A stretch of DNA of 64,000 nucleotides from Deltaproteobacteria bacterium RIFCSPHIGHO2_02_FULL_40_28 (GTDB taxonomy: Bacteria > UBA10199 > 2-12-FULL-40-28): contig MGRJ01000030.1 in NCBI GenBank assembly GCA_001798135.1, positions 321 to 64,320 of the forward strand. The letters are read 5' to 3'. The translations under genes were made by a program, and so were the position numbers. The notes under the pieces are model-generated. The model was not told the DNA's origin. It saw nothing but the letters and a program-made list of their open reading frames with translations, and searched no databases. Positions within the stretch are counted from its first letter, which is position 1. Every line of letters begins with the position of its first letter. This document shows positions 51,892 to 60,288 of this stretch, piece by piece.

Positions 51892-53085
51892 TTAAAATTG
51901 CCACCAGGGATAGATTTGAATTTGATTACGAGCATAGCTTTCTGTTCCAGCATGGATAAGCCCACCTTTTTTAGTTTCATTTCCTGGCAAGGCTAACCAC
52001 CATTGAAGAGTTTCAAAAGAAGCAGTTCCAAGTGTTTGTGAGGATTTGATTTCAATGGGGTAGAGTTTGGTACCTAGTTCAACAATCACATCAATTTCAT
52101 GCCCAGTGAGATCCCTCCAAAAATAAAGCGGGGGCACTTCTCCTGCATGCGTGAATAATTTATAAAGGTTCGATAAAATGAAAGTTTCAAAAATCCCCCC
52201 TTTCAATGGATGAACTTCAATATCAGAAGGTTGGCGGATATCGAGAAGATAACATAAAAGCCCTGTATCCAAAAAATAAAACTTGGGAGATTTAGTAAGC
52301 CGTTTATTGAAATTCTTATGGTAGGGGGGAATAAGGGCAACAAGTGAGCTTGTTTCTAAAATATTGAGCCATGATTTTACAGTTGGTGGGGATATGCCTG
52401 CATCACTAGCCAGGGAAGCATAATTAAGGAGCTGGCCACTTCTGCCAGCACATAATTTCATAAATTTTCGAAAAGTCCCCAGATCACTTACTTTTAAAAG
52501 ATCTCTTACATCCCTTTCAAGATAAGTTTGCAGGTATGAAGAATACCAATCACGTGGATTAATTTTTTCTGTATGCAGTCTTGGGAAAAAACCAGAGAAA
52601 ATAATATCTGTTAATTTAATTTTTGCCTTAAAATCTTTTTTAACGGTGTAGAGCGCGTCTTTTGGGTCTAAAAAAGGTTCATCATAGATTTCTCCCAAAG
52701 AAAAAGGGAGAAGCCTTGTTACTCCTATTCTTCCAGCCAAGGTTTGCGATATATGCTGCATGAGAAGAAGTTGATGCGAGCCTGTTAAAATCCATTGCCC
52801 TGTTTTTTTTGACTCGTCGATGATGCCTTGTAAATAAGAAAGAAGCAGAGGAGCTTTTTGAACTTCATCGAGAATACAAGGGGCAGAATATCGAGAAAAA
52901 AAACCTTTAGGATCATGCAAGGCAAAATCCAAATTATCCGGATTTTCTAAGGAGACATAATTGAAATTTTTTCCAACAAGTTTGCTGAGCGTTGTTTTTC
53001 CTGATTGCCTGGGGCCGGTAATTAAAACTGCTGGAAATCCTTTGAGCAATTCTCCTATTTTTTGATAGAGGTATCGTTTTAACAT
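51892..53085 (-). CDS. AAA_14 ATPase with DUF4143 domain
   Basis: GPRQSGKTT, LDEVQK, LTGS, KSPKFYFLDTG, EIDVIV..PIEIK. Confidence 0.9.
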   Translation of the reverse strand: MLKRYLYQKIGELLKGFPAVLITGPRQSGKTTLSKLVGKNFNYVSLENPDNLDFALHDPKGFFSRYSAPCILDEVQKAPLLLSYLQGIIDESKKTGQWILTGSHQLLLMQHISQTLAGRIGVTRLLPFSLGEIYDEPFLDPKDALYTVKKDFKAKIKLTDIIFSGFFPRLHTEKINPRDWYSSYLQTYLERDVRDLLKVSDLGTFRKFMKLCAGRSGQLLNYASLASDAGISPPTVKSWLNILETSSLVALIPPYHKNFNKRLTKSPKFYFLDTGLLCYLLDIRQPSDIEVHPLKGGIFETFILSNLYKLFTHAGEVPPLYFWRDLTGHEIDVIVELGTKLYPIEIKSSQTLGTASFETLQWWLALPGNETKKGGLIHAGTESYARNQIQIYPWWQF

Positions 53086-53117
53086 AATAAAATTATTAGC
53101 CTTTTTTATAATATTGT

Positions 53118-53144
53118 CAAATATAAAATTGAATTTTATATTTG
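53118..53144. promoter_or_regulatory. 13-bp perfect inverted repeat at the AAA-gene promoter
   Basis: CAAATATAAAATT-G-AATTTTATATTTG, overlapping minus-strand TTGACA. Confidence 0.55.
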
Positions 53145-53156
53145 GTTAATGGAATA

Positions 53157-54080
53157 TTAAGCAAGCGTGTCTGGCACCAAGATTGATTCCATTTCTTTCA
53201 AAACAAATTCAATGAGAGGAGAATACACATTTTGAAGCTGGGCTTTTTCAAGAGTATCGTAATAGATACTTTTGTTTTCAGTATGAATAACCAGGAGTGG
53301 GTAGCCTTGGCTTAATAATTGAAAATTTAAAAGAAGTCGCCCTATACGTCCATTGCCATCACTAAAAGGGTGAATCGCCTCAAACCAGGCATGTTGCATA
53401 ATCATTCCTAGAGGGTCTTTAGTGACCTGCATTTGGGAGATAAGTTCTTCCATTTTTTCTGAAACTTTTAAAAAATTGGGAGGAATGAGGTTAGTACCCA
53501 CAATTCGTACTGGATGATTTCTAAAATGTCCGGCATCAGTCAGAATTCCACTCATCAAAATTTGATGAAGTTCAAAAATTAAATTGAGGGTAAGTGTTTC
53601 TTTTTCTTTGGCAGCTTCTAAAATTTTAGTAAAGGCTTGGCGGTGATTACTTACCTCTAAATGTTCAACCAGAGAATGGCGTGGCACAACTTGGTTATCA
53701 AAAAGAATCGTCTGTGTGTCACGCAAGGTAAGAGTAGACCCCTCAATGCTGTTGGTATGGTAGGTAAATTGTAAAAGACAATGATCATGCCAATTTTTTT
53801 GTAACAACAAATGTTCTAAAAAGTTTTCTTTTTTAAAAGCCTCCAATTTTTTTTGCCATAAAGAAAGTGGGGCCTCTTTCTCCAATTTTTCATAAAAGGC
53901 ATATTGGAGAAATATTTGTTTTATTTTTTCGATTTGGCGTGGATGAGGTTTTGTTTTTTGGTGTACCCAACGGTTTAAAGTAGCATGCGTAACGTTTAAA
54001 ATTGTTGCCAGGGAGGTCTGGGTAAATTTCCCCTGCTTTAAGAGGGCATTAAGCCAAATGATATAATCTGCTATTACCAT
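53157..54080 (-). CDS. HTH-Fic family protein
   Basis: N-terminal XRE HTH; TYHTNSIEG; canonical HPFSDGNGRIGR. Confidence 0.92.
   Translation of the reverse strand: MVIADYIIWLNALLKQGKFTQTSLATILNVTHATLNRWVHQKTKPHPRQIEKIKQIFLQYAFYEKLEKEAPLSLWQKKLEAFKKENFLEHLLLQKNWHDHCLLQFTYHTNSIEGSTLTLRDTQTILFDNQVVPRHSLVEHLEVSNHRQAFTKILEAAKEKETLTLNLIFELHQILMSGILTDAGHFRNHPVRIVGTNLIPPNFLKVSEKMEELISQMQVTKDPLGMIMQHAWFEAIHPFSDGNGRIGRLLLNFQLLSQGYPLLVIHTENKSIYYDTLEKAQLQNVYSPLIEFVLKEMESILVPDTLA
53167..53177 (+). repeat. GTGCCTGGCAC site, copy 3 (GTGTCTGGCAC), inside the Fic 3' end
   Basis: gcaagcGTGTCTGGCACcaagatt. Confidence 0.85.
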
Positions 54081-54085
54081 GGCCT

Positions 54086-54133
54086 TATTTTATATATTTT
54101 ATAACTTTTTTTCAAGTAAAAATATATAAAATA
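54086..54133 (-). promoter_or_regulatory. Fic promoter with 15-bp inverted repeat
   Basis: TTGAAA-17-TAAAAT-6 nt-ATG; TATTTTATATATTTT-N18-AAAATATATAAAATA. Confidence 0.65.
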
Positions 54134-54148
54134 TAACTGTTATCTGGC

Positions 54149-54213
54149 GTAGGGGCCCGCCTTAGGCGGGCCCTCGTATCATCATTCCGGGCAACCGCAA
54201 GGGTTGCCCCTAC
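54149..54213. repeat. GTAG-type REP doublet
   Basis: GTAGGGGCCCGCCTTAGGCGGGCCC...GGGCAACCGCAAGGGTTGCCCCTAC. Confidence 0.85.
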
Positions 54214-54263
54214 TACAAAATTCTATTAGACAATACTCCAAAATTTGGTTAAGATATTGGAGT

Positions 54264-55421
54264 ATGTTCCATAGAATACTTAACCCATTAAAATCTAACA
54301 GTTTTTTTATTTTTGGAGCCAGAGGAACAGGCAAATCAACCTGGATTAAAAATCAGTTTGATGCTCAAGATGTATTTTTTATCGATCTCTTGAAACCGGA
54401 GATTGAAGACCTTTATCGAAGAACTCCGCAGCTTTTGGAAAAACAAATCCTCTCCATGGAATCAAAGCCCAATTGGGTAGTTTTGGATGAGGTGCAACGA
54501 TTACCTAAGCTACTTAACCTGGTCCATTCGCTTATCGAATCTCATGGAATAAAATTTATTCTCACTGGGTCAAGTGCCCGTAAACTTAAACGAGGACATG
54601 GTAATCTTTTAGCTGGCAGGGCTTATGTGTATCATTTGTATCCGCTTACAAGCATTGAAATGGGAGAATCATTCCATTTGGAATCTTGTCTCTTATGGGG
54701 AAGCTTGCCAAAAATATTAAGTCTAAATTCTCATGAGGAAAAAAGCGCATACTTAAATGCTTATGCATTAACTTATTTGCGCGAAGAAATTCAAATTGAG
54801 CAAGTGGTGCGTAAACTGGATCCCTTCCGTGACTTTTTGGAAATAGCCGCGCTCATGAGTGGCTGTATTATCAATTACAATAAAATTGCTAAGGATGTTG
54901 GATGCGACATCAAAACAGTTCAATCCTATTATCAAATCCTCGAAGACACCTGGCTTGGTTTTTATTTACCGGCTTTTCACAGATCGGTAAGAAAAAGTCA
55001 GCGACTCCACCCTAAATTTTATTTTTTTGACCTAGGGGTTAAACGAGCTTTAGAAAGAAGTTTGGATACCCAGTTGCATCCCAGTACTTCCGCTTATGGA
55101 GATTTCTTCGAGAGCTGGGTCATTTTGGAATTTTTCCGCTGGAATGAATATTATCAAAAAAACTACAAGCTTTCTTACTTTCAAACCCACCAGGGAGGTG
55201 AAATTGATCTCATTTTGTCTAAACCTAAGCAACCACCCATTCTTGTTGAAATCAAATCTTCCCAAAAAATTGATGAAATCGAGGTTAATAAACTGGCCAC
55301 ACGAGGTAAAGATTTTAAAACCCCACATCTTTATTATCTTTCACAATCCGAACAAACAATAAAACATGCCGGAGTCATCTGCTGCCCGTGGATGACCGGC
55401 CTCAAAAAAATTCTTGGGTAA
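54264..55421 (+). CDS. AAA_14 ATPase with DUF4143 domain (second paralog)
   Basis: GARGTGKST, LDEVQR, LTGSSARKL, HPKFYFFDLG, EIDLIL..LVEIK; start at MFHRIL. Confidence 0.9.
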   Translation: MFHRILNPLKSNSFFIFGARGTGKSTWIKNQFDAQDVFFIDLLKPEIEDLYRRTPQLLEKQILSMESKPNWVVLDEVQRLPKLLNLVHSLIESHGIKFILTGSSARKLKRGHGNLLAGRAYVYHLYPLTSIEMGESFHLESCLLWGSLPKILSLNSHEEKSAYLNAYALTYLREEIQIEQVVRKLDPFRDFLEIAALMSGCIINYNKIAKDVGCDIKTVQSYYQILEDTWLGFYLPAFHRSVRKSQRLHPKFYFFDLGVKRALERSLDTQLHPSTSAYGDFFESWVILEFFRWNEYYQKNYKLSYFQTHQGGEIDLILSKPKQPPILVEIKSSQKIDEIEVNKLATRGKDFKTPHLYYLSQSEQTIKHAGVICCPWMTGLKKILG

Positions 55422-55436
55422 AAGATATGTGGTAGC

Positions 55437-55447
55437 GTGCCTGGCAC
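55437..55447 (+). repeat. GTGCCTGGCAC site, copy 4
   Basis: gtagcGTGCCTGGCACgatt. Confidence 0.85.
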
Positions 55448-55478
55448 GATTGGATGTGGGTGTTGCACGATTGGTGTT

Positions 55479-55757
55479 TTAAGCAGCTTGTTTCAGTTTA
55501 AAATCGACCGCCTTACCCAAACGAGCCAAATAAACGATGAGTAAATCAAGACTAAACTTATCTATTTTGCCGTTCATCAACTCGGAAACTCTAGGTGGTT
55601 TTACTTCTAACTCCTTGGCAACTTCGGCCTGAGTAAGTTTAAGTCTTACAATTTCTTTCTCGAGAAGAATGATAAGGCGAGCTCTAGCTTCAAGATTAGC
55701 AGACTCCGCATCACTAAAACCAACATCTTTAAATACGTTTTTAACGGATTTTTTCAT
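55479..55757 (-). CDS. XRE/HigA-type antitoxin
   Basis: NVFKDVGFSDAE..LTQAEVAKELEVKPPRVSELMNGKIDKFSLDLL. Confidence 0.88.
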   Translation of the reverse strand: MKKSVKNVFKDVGFSDAESANLEARARLIILLEKEIVRLKLTQAEVAKELEVKPPRVSELMNGKIDKFSLDLLIVYLARLGKAVDFKLKQAA

Positions 55758-55760
55758 AAT

Positions 55761-56105
55761 TTACTCCTTGATCTTTAAATTGCCAATTCGACGAATCAAT
55801 TCTTGGTAATTTTTCTTTGCTATTTCAATATCCCGCTGAGAAGTTTTTTGAGTTTTCTTTTCAAAAGCATGCAAGATGTAAACTCTGTCTTTAAGTTTAG
55901 CAACATAGATCACTCGATGTTCACCGGGCCGATGAAGGCGAATTTCCAAAACTCCTTTTCCTACGCTCGCCATCGGTTTGTAATCTGTGGGTATAAGCCC
56001 CTGCTGAACACGATAAAGCTGATAGCCAATTTCAGCTCTAACTTTCTTAACAAAGCCTTGTACAATCTCACGGGACCTGCCCAACCACTTGAGACTTTTC
56101 AACAT
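55761..56105 (-). CDS. RelE/HigB (Gp49-like) toxin
   Basis: LKWLGRS..GYQLYRVQQG..YKPMASVGKGVLEIR..HRVIYVAK..ILHAFEKKTQKT. Confidence 0.9.
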   Translation of the reverse strand: MLKSLKWLGRSREIVQGFVKKVRAEIGYQLYRVQQGLIPTDYKPMASVGKGVLEIRLHRPGEHRVIYVAKLKDRVYILHAFEKKTQKTSQRDIEIAKKNYQELIRRIGNLKIKE

Positions 56106-56112
56106 AGTATAT

Positions 56113-56130
56113 GTTACGTAATCACGTAAC
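56113..56130. promoter_or_regulatory. Operator palindrome of the 55479-56105 TA pair
   Basis: GTTACGT-AATC-ACGTAAC within TTTACA-17-TAACAT. Confidence 0.6.
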
Positions 56131-56191
56131 TTTTGTAAAGGATTATTTTACTCAATATAGGCGTAACATCTGCTTCAAATGCTTTGCAAGC

Positions 56192-56202
56192 GTGCCTGGC
56201 AC
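56192..56202 (+). repeat. GTGCCTGGCAC site, copy 5
   Basis: aatgctttgcaagcGTGCCTGGCACcaagattacaaagatt. Confidence 0.9.
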
Positions 56203-56207
56203 CAAGA

Positions 56208-56900
56208 TTACAAAGATTCCAATCGCTTCGCTAAAACAGCATAATCCCTTTTCACTGCCATGGCGGTTCGGTAGGAACCGTAACACTGTTTTGCCAACGC
56301 GTAGGTACTCACATTCTGGTTGAGTTCCATTTGAGCAAACATATCGGCACGGTGAGTGGGGCCAATCAAAACACGAAAGCGATACGATGGATGAACTTGA
56401 ACAAGCTCCGCTGGTGTCAGGATGTCTTCGGGACGATGTCGCAATAATTTACTGGGAACACGCAAACACGTTTTAGCAAAACGTGAATCCTCACCGTTTC
56501 TTTGGATCAAGAAGCTTCTGTTCTCACCTGCAATACCAATTCTCCTCGAAGACACCAGAGAAAGCAGTTTCTTAAACCGGATATCGTGATGACGAATTTG
56601 TGCAAATGCCGCCCAAAATATTCGAACATGTTTGAATTCTTTTTGATCCAAATTCAAAACCAGATTCACTAGACGATCCGCCAGAACTTTATCGGCATGA
56701 ACCTTCAACCAATCCACGAGCAAAGACTGAACGCGCCAATCGCCTTTAAGACCTTCAATCGACGCGGCAACCAAGGTGTCTTCAATGTTGGGATTTTGGA
56801 CTGGTTTTCCGAACAACCGAAAACCAATACCAATCAAACACGATGTCAACTCGTCGCCTGATGGGTAAAACTCAGGAATAATTGTACGCTTAAAAGTCAT
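56208..56900 (-). CDS. Hypothetical partner of a DUF6036-like nucleotidyltransferase
   Basis: 230-aa ORF whose start overlaps the upstream NTase stop; PNIEDTLVAASIEG..RV.SLLVDWL. Confidence 0.65.
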   Translation of the reverse strand: MTFKRTIIPEFYPSGDELTSCLIGIGFRLFGKPVQNPNIEDTLVAASIEGLKGDWRVQSLLVDWLKVHADKVLADRLVNLVLNLDQKEFKHVRIFWAAFAQIRHHDIRFKKLLSLVSSRRIGIAGENRSFLIQRNGEDSRFAKTCLRVPSKLLRHRPEDILTPAELVQVHPSYRFRVLIGPTHRADMFAQMELNQNVSTYALAKQCYGSYRTAMAVKRDYAVLAKRLESL

Positions 56901-57219
56901 AGCTTAATTCCAGCGCCAGTTTCGCAAAACACTTCTGCACATGTGAGGACCACTGGGGGTTTTGATCCTGGTTTTTAACCCAATCCAGAGCTTCTAAAAG
57001 TTCTGCCTGAGAAGGGTTCATTTTGATGCAATCGGCAATGTCTTGACCACGATCACAGTAAGCAAATAACTTTGATTTAAGAACATCGATATCCTTTGTG
57101 CCACGCGTGGTGATTCCCATGAGCGCGAGTGCGCCACCACCTATAACAATTCCTGAGAACGAGGTATTTTTTGAAAACAGAAAATCATCGAAATCCTGAA
57201 TGACAGAGACAACATCCAT
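56890..57219 (-). pseudogene. DUF6036-like nucleotidyltransferase with probable internal deletion
   Basis: IVIGGGALAL..TRGTKDIDVL joined directly to KSKLFAYCDRGQD; only 109 aa. Confidence 0.6.
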
Positions 57220-57226
57220 GGGTGTG

Positions 57227-57255
57227 ATTATATAGCATACCCAATGCTCAGGCAA
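57227..57255 (-). promoter_or_regulatory. sigma70 promoter, leaderless
   Basis: TTGCCT-17-TATAAT-7 nt-ATG(57219). Confidence 0.65.
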
Positions 57256-57469
57256 GTTATAAATCTATTTTCCAGAACATCGGTTTTCATCCGATATTCA
57301 AAAGCAACTCAAGTGATTATTATGTTTGTTTTATTTAGTTATTTCAATGAATTTTCAAAAGGTTGGAAACCGAGAGAAGCATCTGAAGTTACATTTCATG
57401 GATAAATTTATCGTAAAATCAGGGAGGAAAAGTTGTAGAGAAAAATAAAGAAAAATGATTATTTTTTAT

Positions 57470-57497
57470 GTAGGGACGCGATAAATTACACCCCTAC
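57470..57497. repeat. Collapsed GTAG...CTAC REP remnant
   Basis: GTAGGGACGCGATAAATTACACCCCTAC. Confidence 0.6.
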
Positions 57498-57520
57498 AAA
57501 AGGAATGTGGCAGTAGTAAT

Positions 57521-57826
57521 TTAAAGTATCCCTTGATATTCAAAACTTACCAAAAGTTTTGCTTTTAATGCCCGCGCAATTCGCTCTAAAAGATCAAGTG
57601 ATGGCGTACGCTTATCTATTCCGGATTCTAAGCGAGCAATAACAGTTTGGCTGGTTTTTGCGCGTGCCGCAAGTTCTGCCTGAGTAATACCAACTTTGAG
57701 ACGAGCATCACGAATCAACCGAGCAATTTTACTAATAGATTTTTCGTGTTGAAAATAAAAACTAAACTCAGAATCTTTGAGTTCTTTTTTGATTACATCC
57801 TTTAAGGCTATTCTTTTTGCTTTCAT
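57521..57826 (-). CDS. XRE-family HTH antitoxin
   Basis: ARLKVGITQAELAARAKTSQTVIARLESG..PSLDLLERIARAL; start at MKAKR. Confidence 0.88.
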   Translation of the reverse strand: MKAKRIALKDVIKKELKDSEFSFYFQHEKSISKIARLIRDARLKVGITQAELAARAKTSQTVIARLESGIDKRTPSLDLLERIARALKAKLLVSFEYQGIL

Positions 57827-58119
57827 GATAATGACGAAACTGAACTCTGACAGAGTTGAAACTATTCTGTTCAATCTGATCAAGCGCTTCCAATAATCGA
57901 GCTCGTTCCTTTTTTGGTAAATCCTTCATGTAATCCAACACAGGAGATCTACCAGAAGCAATTGTATAAAGGGTCTGTTGAAGAATGTCATTCCTCTGTC
58001 ATCCCTGCGAAGGCAGGGATCCAGAACTTATTGAAAAGACTGGATTCCCGCCTCCGCGGGAATGACAGAATTAGTGGAAAACTACATTTTTCAACAAGCC
58101 CATAAAAAGTGATTTTCAT
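57768..58119 (-). pseudogene. Gp49/RelE-like toxin interrupted by a MITE and C-terminally deleted
   Basis: Removing the MITE and one TSD restores MKITFYTIASGRSPVLDYMKDLPKKERARLLEALDQIEQ... Confidence 0.8.
57971..58101. mobile_element. 131-bp MITE, copy 2 (ATAAA TSD)
   Basis: Exact reverse complement of 14455..14585; ATAAA on both sides. Confidence 0.9.
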
Positions 58120-58131
58120 CTACTTTATGAA

Positions 58132-58149
58132 TATATCCAATTGGATATA
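58132..58149. promoter_or_regulatory. Operator palindrome upstream of the Gp49 pseudogene
   Basis: Perfect 18-bp palindrome TATATCCAATTGGATATA within TTGAAA-17-TATATT. Confidence 0.65.
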
Positions 58150-58214
58150 AAATTTCAAGGATTATTTTCAGGCAACGCTTATCGGTGTCATTGATTTTTC
58201 AATGGCTTGCAAGC

Positions 58215-58225
58215 GTGCCTGGCAC
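58215..58225 (+). repeat. GTGCCTGGCAC site, copy 6
   Basis: cttgcaagcGTGCCTGGCACcaagattcaccaagattacgattac. Confidence 0.9.
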
Positions 58226-58293
58226 CAAGATTCACCAAGATTACGATTACGAAATGACTTTCATTTTCTATCTCTTGGTTTATAATCTTTATT

Positions 58294-58437
58294 GTGAAAC
58301 GCAAAACCAAAAATAGAGCTAAAAAAAATAGTAGAAAAAAGCAGAAAGTCATTACGCTAACTCCGCAAATGACCCGTAATATCTTGGCTGTTATCCGTTC
58401 TGCCGATTTTGTGCAACAAGTACGCTCTTACCTTTAA
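58294..58437 (+). CDS. 47-aa basic small protein, probable partner of the downstream NTase (not in ORF track)
   Basis: GTG start 7 nt after TATAAT; MKRKTKNRAKKNSRKKQKVITLTPQMTRNILAVIRSADFVQQVRSYL*; ends 5 nt before the NTase ATG. Confidence 0.5.
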   Translation: MKRKTKNRAKKNSRKKQKVITLTPQMTRNILAVIRSADFVQQVRSYL

Positions 58438-58442
58438 ATAAC

Positions 58443-58931
58443 ATGAAAACCGTTCATCCTTATTTTCTTATTCTGGGCAAATTGACCAAAGAGGGGGTGC
58501 GTTACGGAGTTGTTGGCCAAATAGGAGCTTCTTTCTATGGCTCTGATCAAACCACCTATGATCTGGATATTTTTGTGGAACCCCAAGAAAAAAATCTTTC
58601 CAAGGTAAGGCGCCTGCTTAAAAAAGAAGGGTTGATAGAAATAGCTATTGTCGGAGGCCAAGCGGTAAAACCTTCTCCGACAAATAAAGAGGTGATTGAT
58701 CGGCAGATCACCCTTTTGTATGCCGACCCTTATGGTTTGACCATTGATGTGCTTACGGCTATTAGCGGAGTTAATTTTAAAAAGGTTTGGAAAGGAAAAA
58801 AACTTTTTAAAATGAGGGAAGAAAAAATTTATGTGGCTTCCTTAACAGATATTATTCATTCCAAAAAGAGTGCGAACCGACCCAAAGATCGTCTTCATTT
58901 GTCCCGACTTAAGGCTTTACTTAAAAAATAA
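58443..58931 (+). CDS. Minimal nucleotidyltransferase (DUF6036-like)
   Basis: YGVVGQIG..YG..TTYDLDIF, IDVLTAISGV, VASLTDIIHSKK..RPKD. Confidence 0.75.
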   Translation: MKTVHPYFLILGKLTKEGVRYGVVGQIGASFYGSDQTTYDLDIFVEPQEKNLSKVRRLLKKEGLIEIAIVGGQAVKPSPTNKEVIDRQITLLYADPYGLTIDVLTAISGVNFKKVWKGKKLFKMREEKIYVASLTDIIHSKKSANRPKDRLHLSRLKALLKK

Positions 58932-58943
58932 TGCTTTGCACGC

Positions 58944-58984
58944 GTGCCTGGCACAAAGATTCTGGCACCAAGATTCACAAGATT
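58944..58984 (+). repeat. GTGCCTGGCAC site, copy 7, plus partial tandem duplication
   Basis: GTGCCTGGCACaaagattCTGGCACcaagattcacaagatt. Confidence 0.9.
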
Positions 58985-59350
58985 TTACACCAATCTTCGA
59001 TAGTTGCAGTTTAGAGCCTTGGCTAATTTTTTAGCCACTTGAAGACCGATGGTTCTTTTGTTTCTTTCCATTTCGGAAATATGGCTTTGCCTGATCCCCG
59101 TTTTTTTTGCCAGATCTTTCTGAGTCATCTCCTCCCTATAACGGTAGGCTTGAATTGTTCCACCAGGAGTACCAATGAGGGGATCGCGTTTCTTGAGAAT
59201 CTCATGCATTTTATCAGAAGAAATATAATCATCCTTGGCTTGAAGAAGCTTCAAAAGGTCCTTTTTAATTTCTAAAATCCTCGAATAGGAAATACGTGAG
59301 GGAACAAACCTAATCCACCCTGCTTTTCCTTCAATAGTAATTGCTTCCAT
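58985..59350 (-). CDS. XRE-family HTH antitoxin
   Basis: TPGGTIQAYRYREEMTQKDLAKKTGIRQSHISEMERNKRTIG..AKKLAKAL. Confidence 0.88.
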   Translation of the reverse strand: MEAITIEGKAGWIRFVPSRISYSRILEIKKDLLKLLQAKDDYISSDKMHEILKKRDPLIGTPGGTIQAYRYREEMTQKDLAKKTGIRQSHISEMERNKRTIGLQVAKKLAKALNCNYRRLV

Positions 59351-59355
59351 AATTT

Positions 59356-59625
59356 TTAGTAAATGTCCTTTCTATCGGCAATCTTTTCAATGAAAACCGT
59401 GATGATATTGGATTCATATCGATAGATAACTCTATAGTTCCTTTTTAATTTTGCCTTTAGATAACCATCCCATTTGCCTGCTAAAAATCCTATCTGCCAT
59501 CCTTTAGGAAATGGACCATCGCGTTCTAAATCATTTAAAAACATATCATAAAGCTTTGCAACCTTGGGAGGAATATCCCTCAACATTTTTTCAATCTTTG
59601 GCGGTGCTTTTACAATCCATTTCAT
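59356..59625 (-). CDS. RelE/ParE-family toxin
   Basis: YLKAKLKRNYRVIYRY..VFIEKIADRKDIY; start at MKWIVK. Confidence 0.75.
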   Translation of the reverse strand: MKWIVKAPPKIEKMLRDIPPKVAKLYDMFLNDLERDGPFPKGWQIGFLAGKWDGYLKAKLKRNYRVIYRYESNIITVFIEKIADRKDIY

Positions 59626-59633
59626 TTTAATAT

Positions 59634-59651
59634 TATCCCATAAATGGGATA
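59634..59651. promoter_or_regulatory. Operator palindrome
   Basis: TATCCCAT-AA-ATGGGATA. Confidence 0.65.
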
Positions 59652-59834
59652 TTTTCAAGAAATTAATTCAAAACTCAAAAACTCCTAAGCAAGCTTAAGC
59701 AATTTTCATGCTAAAAATAGACCCATGAATTTTAAAGGATTATGAGAGGGAAATGATTATTTTAAATCAAAAGAAGTTTGAAAATCGAACCATGAGGTAA
59801 AGTTGTGGTTTTCGTGCCCTATTTATTTATCTTT

Positions 59835-60252
59835 GTCATCACGAGGAGGCCTATGGCCGACGTGGTGATCCAGGTTAAAGAGAGCCTGGATTGCTTTAGC
59901 CCCTACGTTGCCCCCCAACGGGGCCCCTTTGGGTTGGCGCAGTTCTCGCTCCCTCATGTCTACGATGTGGCACTGATATCAATTATTTTCCAATGGTTTG
60001 CAAGCGTGCCTGGCACCAAGATTGTAAGACTCTACCCCCTCCAACTCCCCCTTACAAAGGGGGAGAGTACAGATGGATCCCGGCCTTCGCCGGGATGACA
60101 AGAGCAGCATGGATGACAGAGTGGGGGAGACATTTTTCAACAATCCCTCAATGTAGGCGTAACATCAGCTTCATAGGGACTTTAATCCAGGTTTATTGGA
60201 TTTGAATGCTTTGCACACGTGCCTGGCACAAAGATTCGGAACCCGCCCCTAC
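59835..60252. repeat. Mosaic of REP-type families including GTGCCTGGCAC copies 8 (60006) and 9 (60219) and a MITE-end remnant
   Basis: GTCATCACGAGGAG..GTGATCCA..TGGATTGCT; CTCCCCCTT-ACA-AAGGGGGAG; GGATCCCGGCCTTCGCCGGGATGAC; ACATTTTTCAACAATCCC; GCCCCTAC. Confidence 0.8.
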
Positions 60253-60288
60253 ACTACAAAAGGGATGTGGAACTGGTAGGTAATTTTT

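Noticed and set aside
53077-53104. dif/pdif-like site (TTTTAACATAA, XerD-arm-like)
   Set aside because: No credible XerC arm at 6-bp spacing, and it coincides with the ATG TTA AAA start of the AAA gene.
57300-57470. Loose similarity to 59700..59810 (GAATTTT, AAAGTTGT, ATGATTATTTT)
   Set aside because: Short AT-rich matches not distinguishable from chance.
57914-58105. 63-aa ORF
   Set aside because: Read-through of MITE sequence.
59805-60205. ORFs 59805..60098 and 59993..60205
   Set aside because: Translations of the repeat mosaic.
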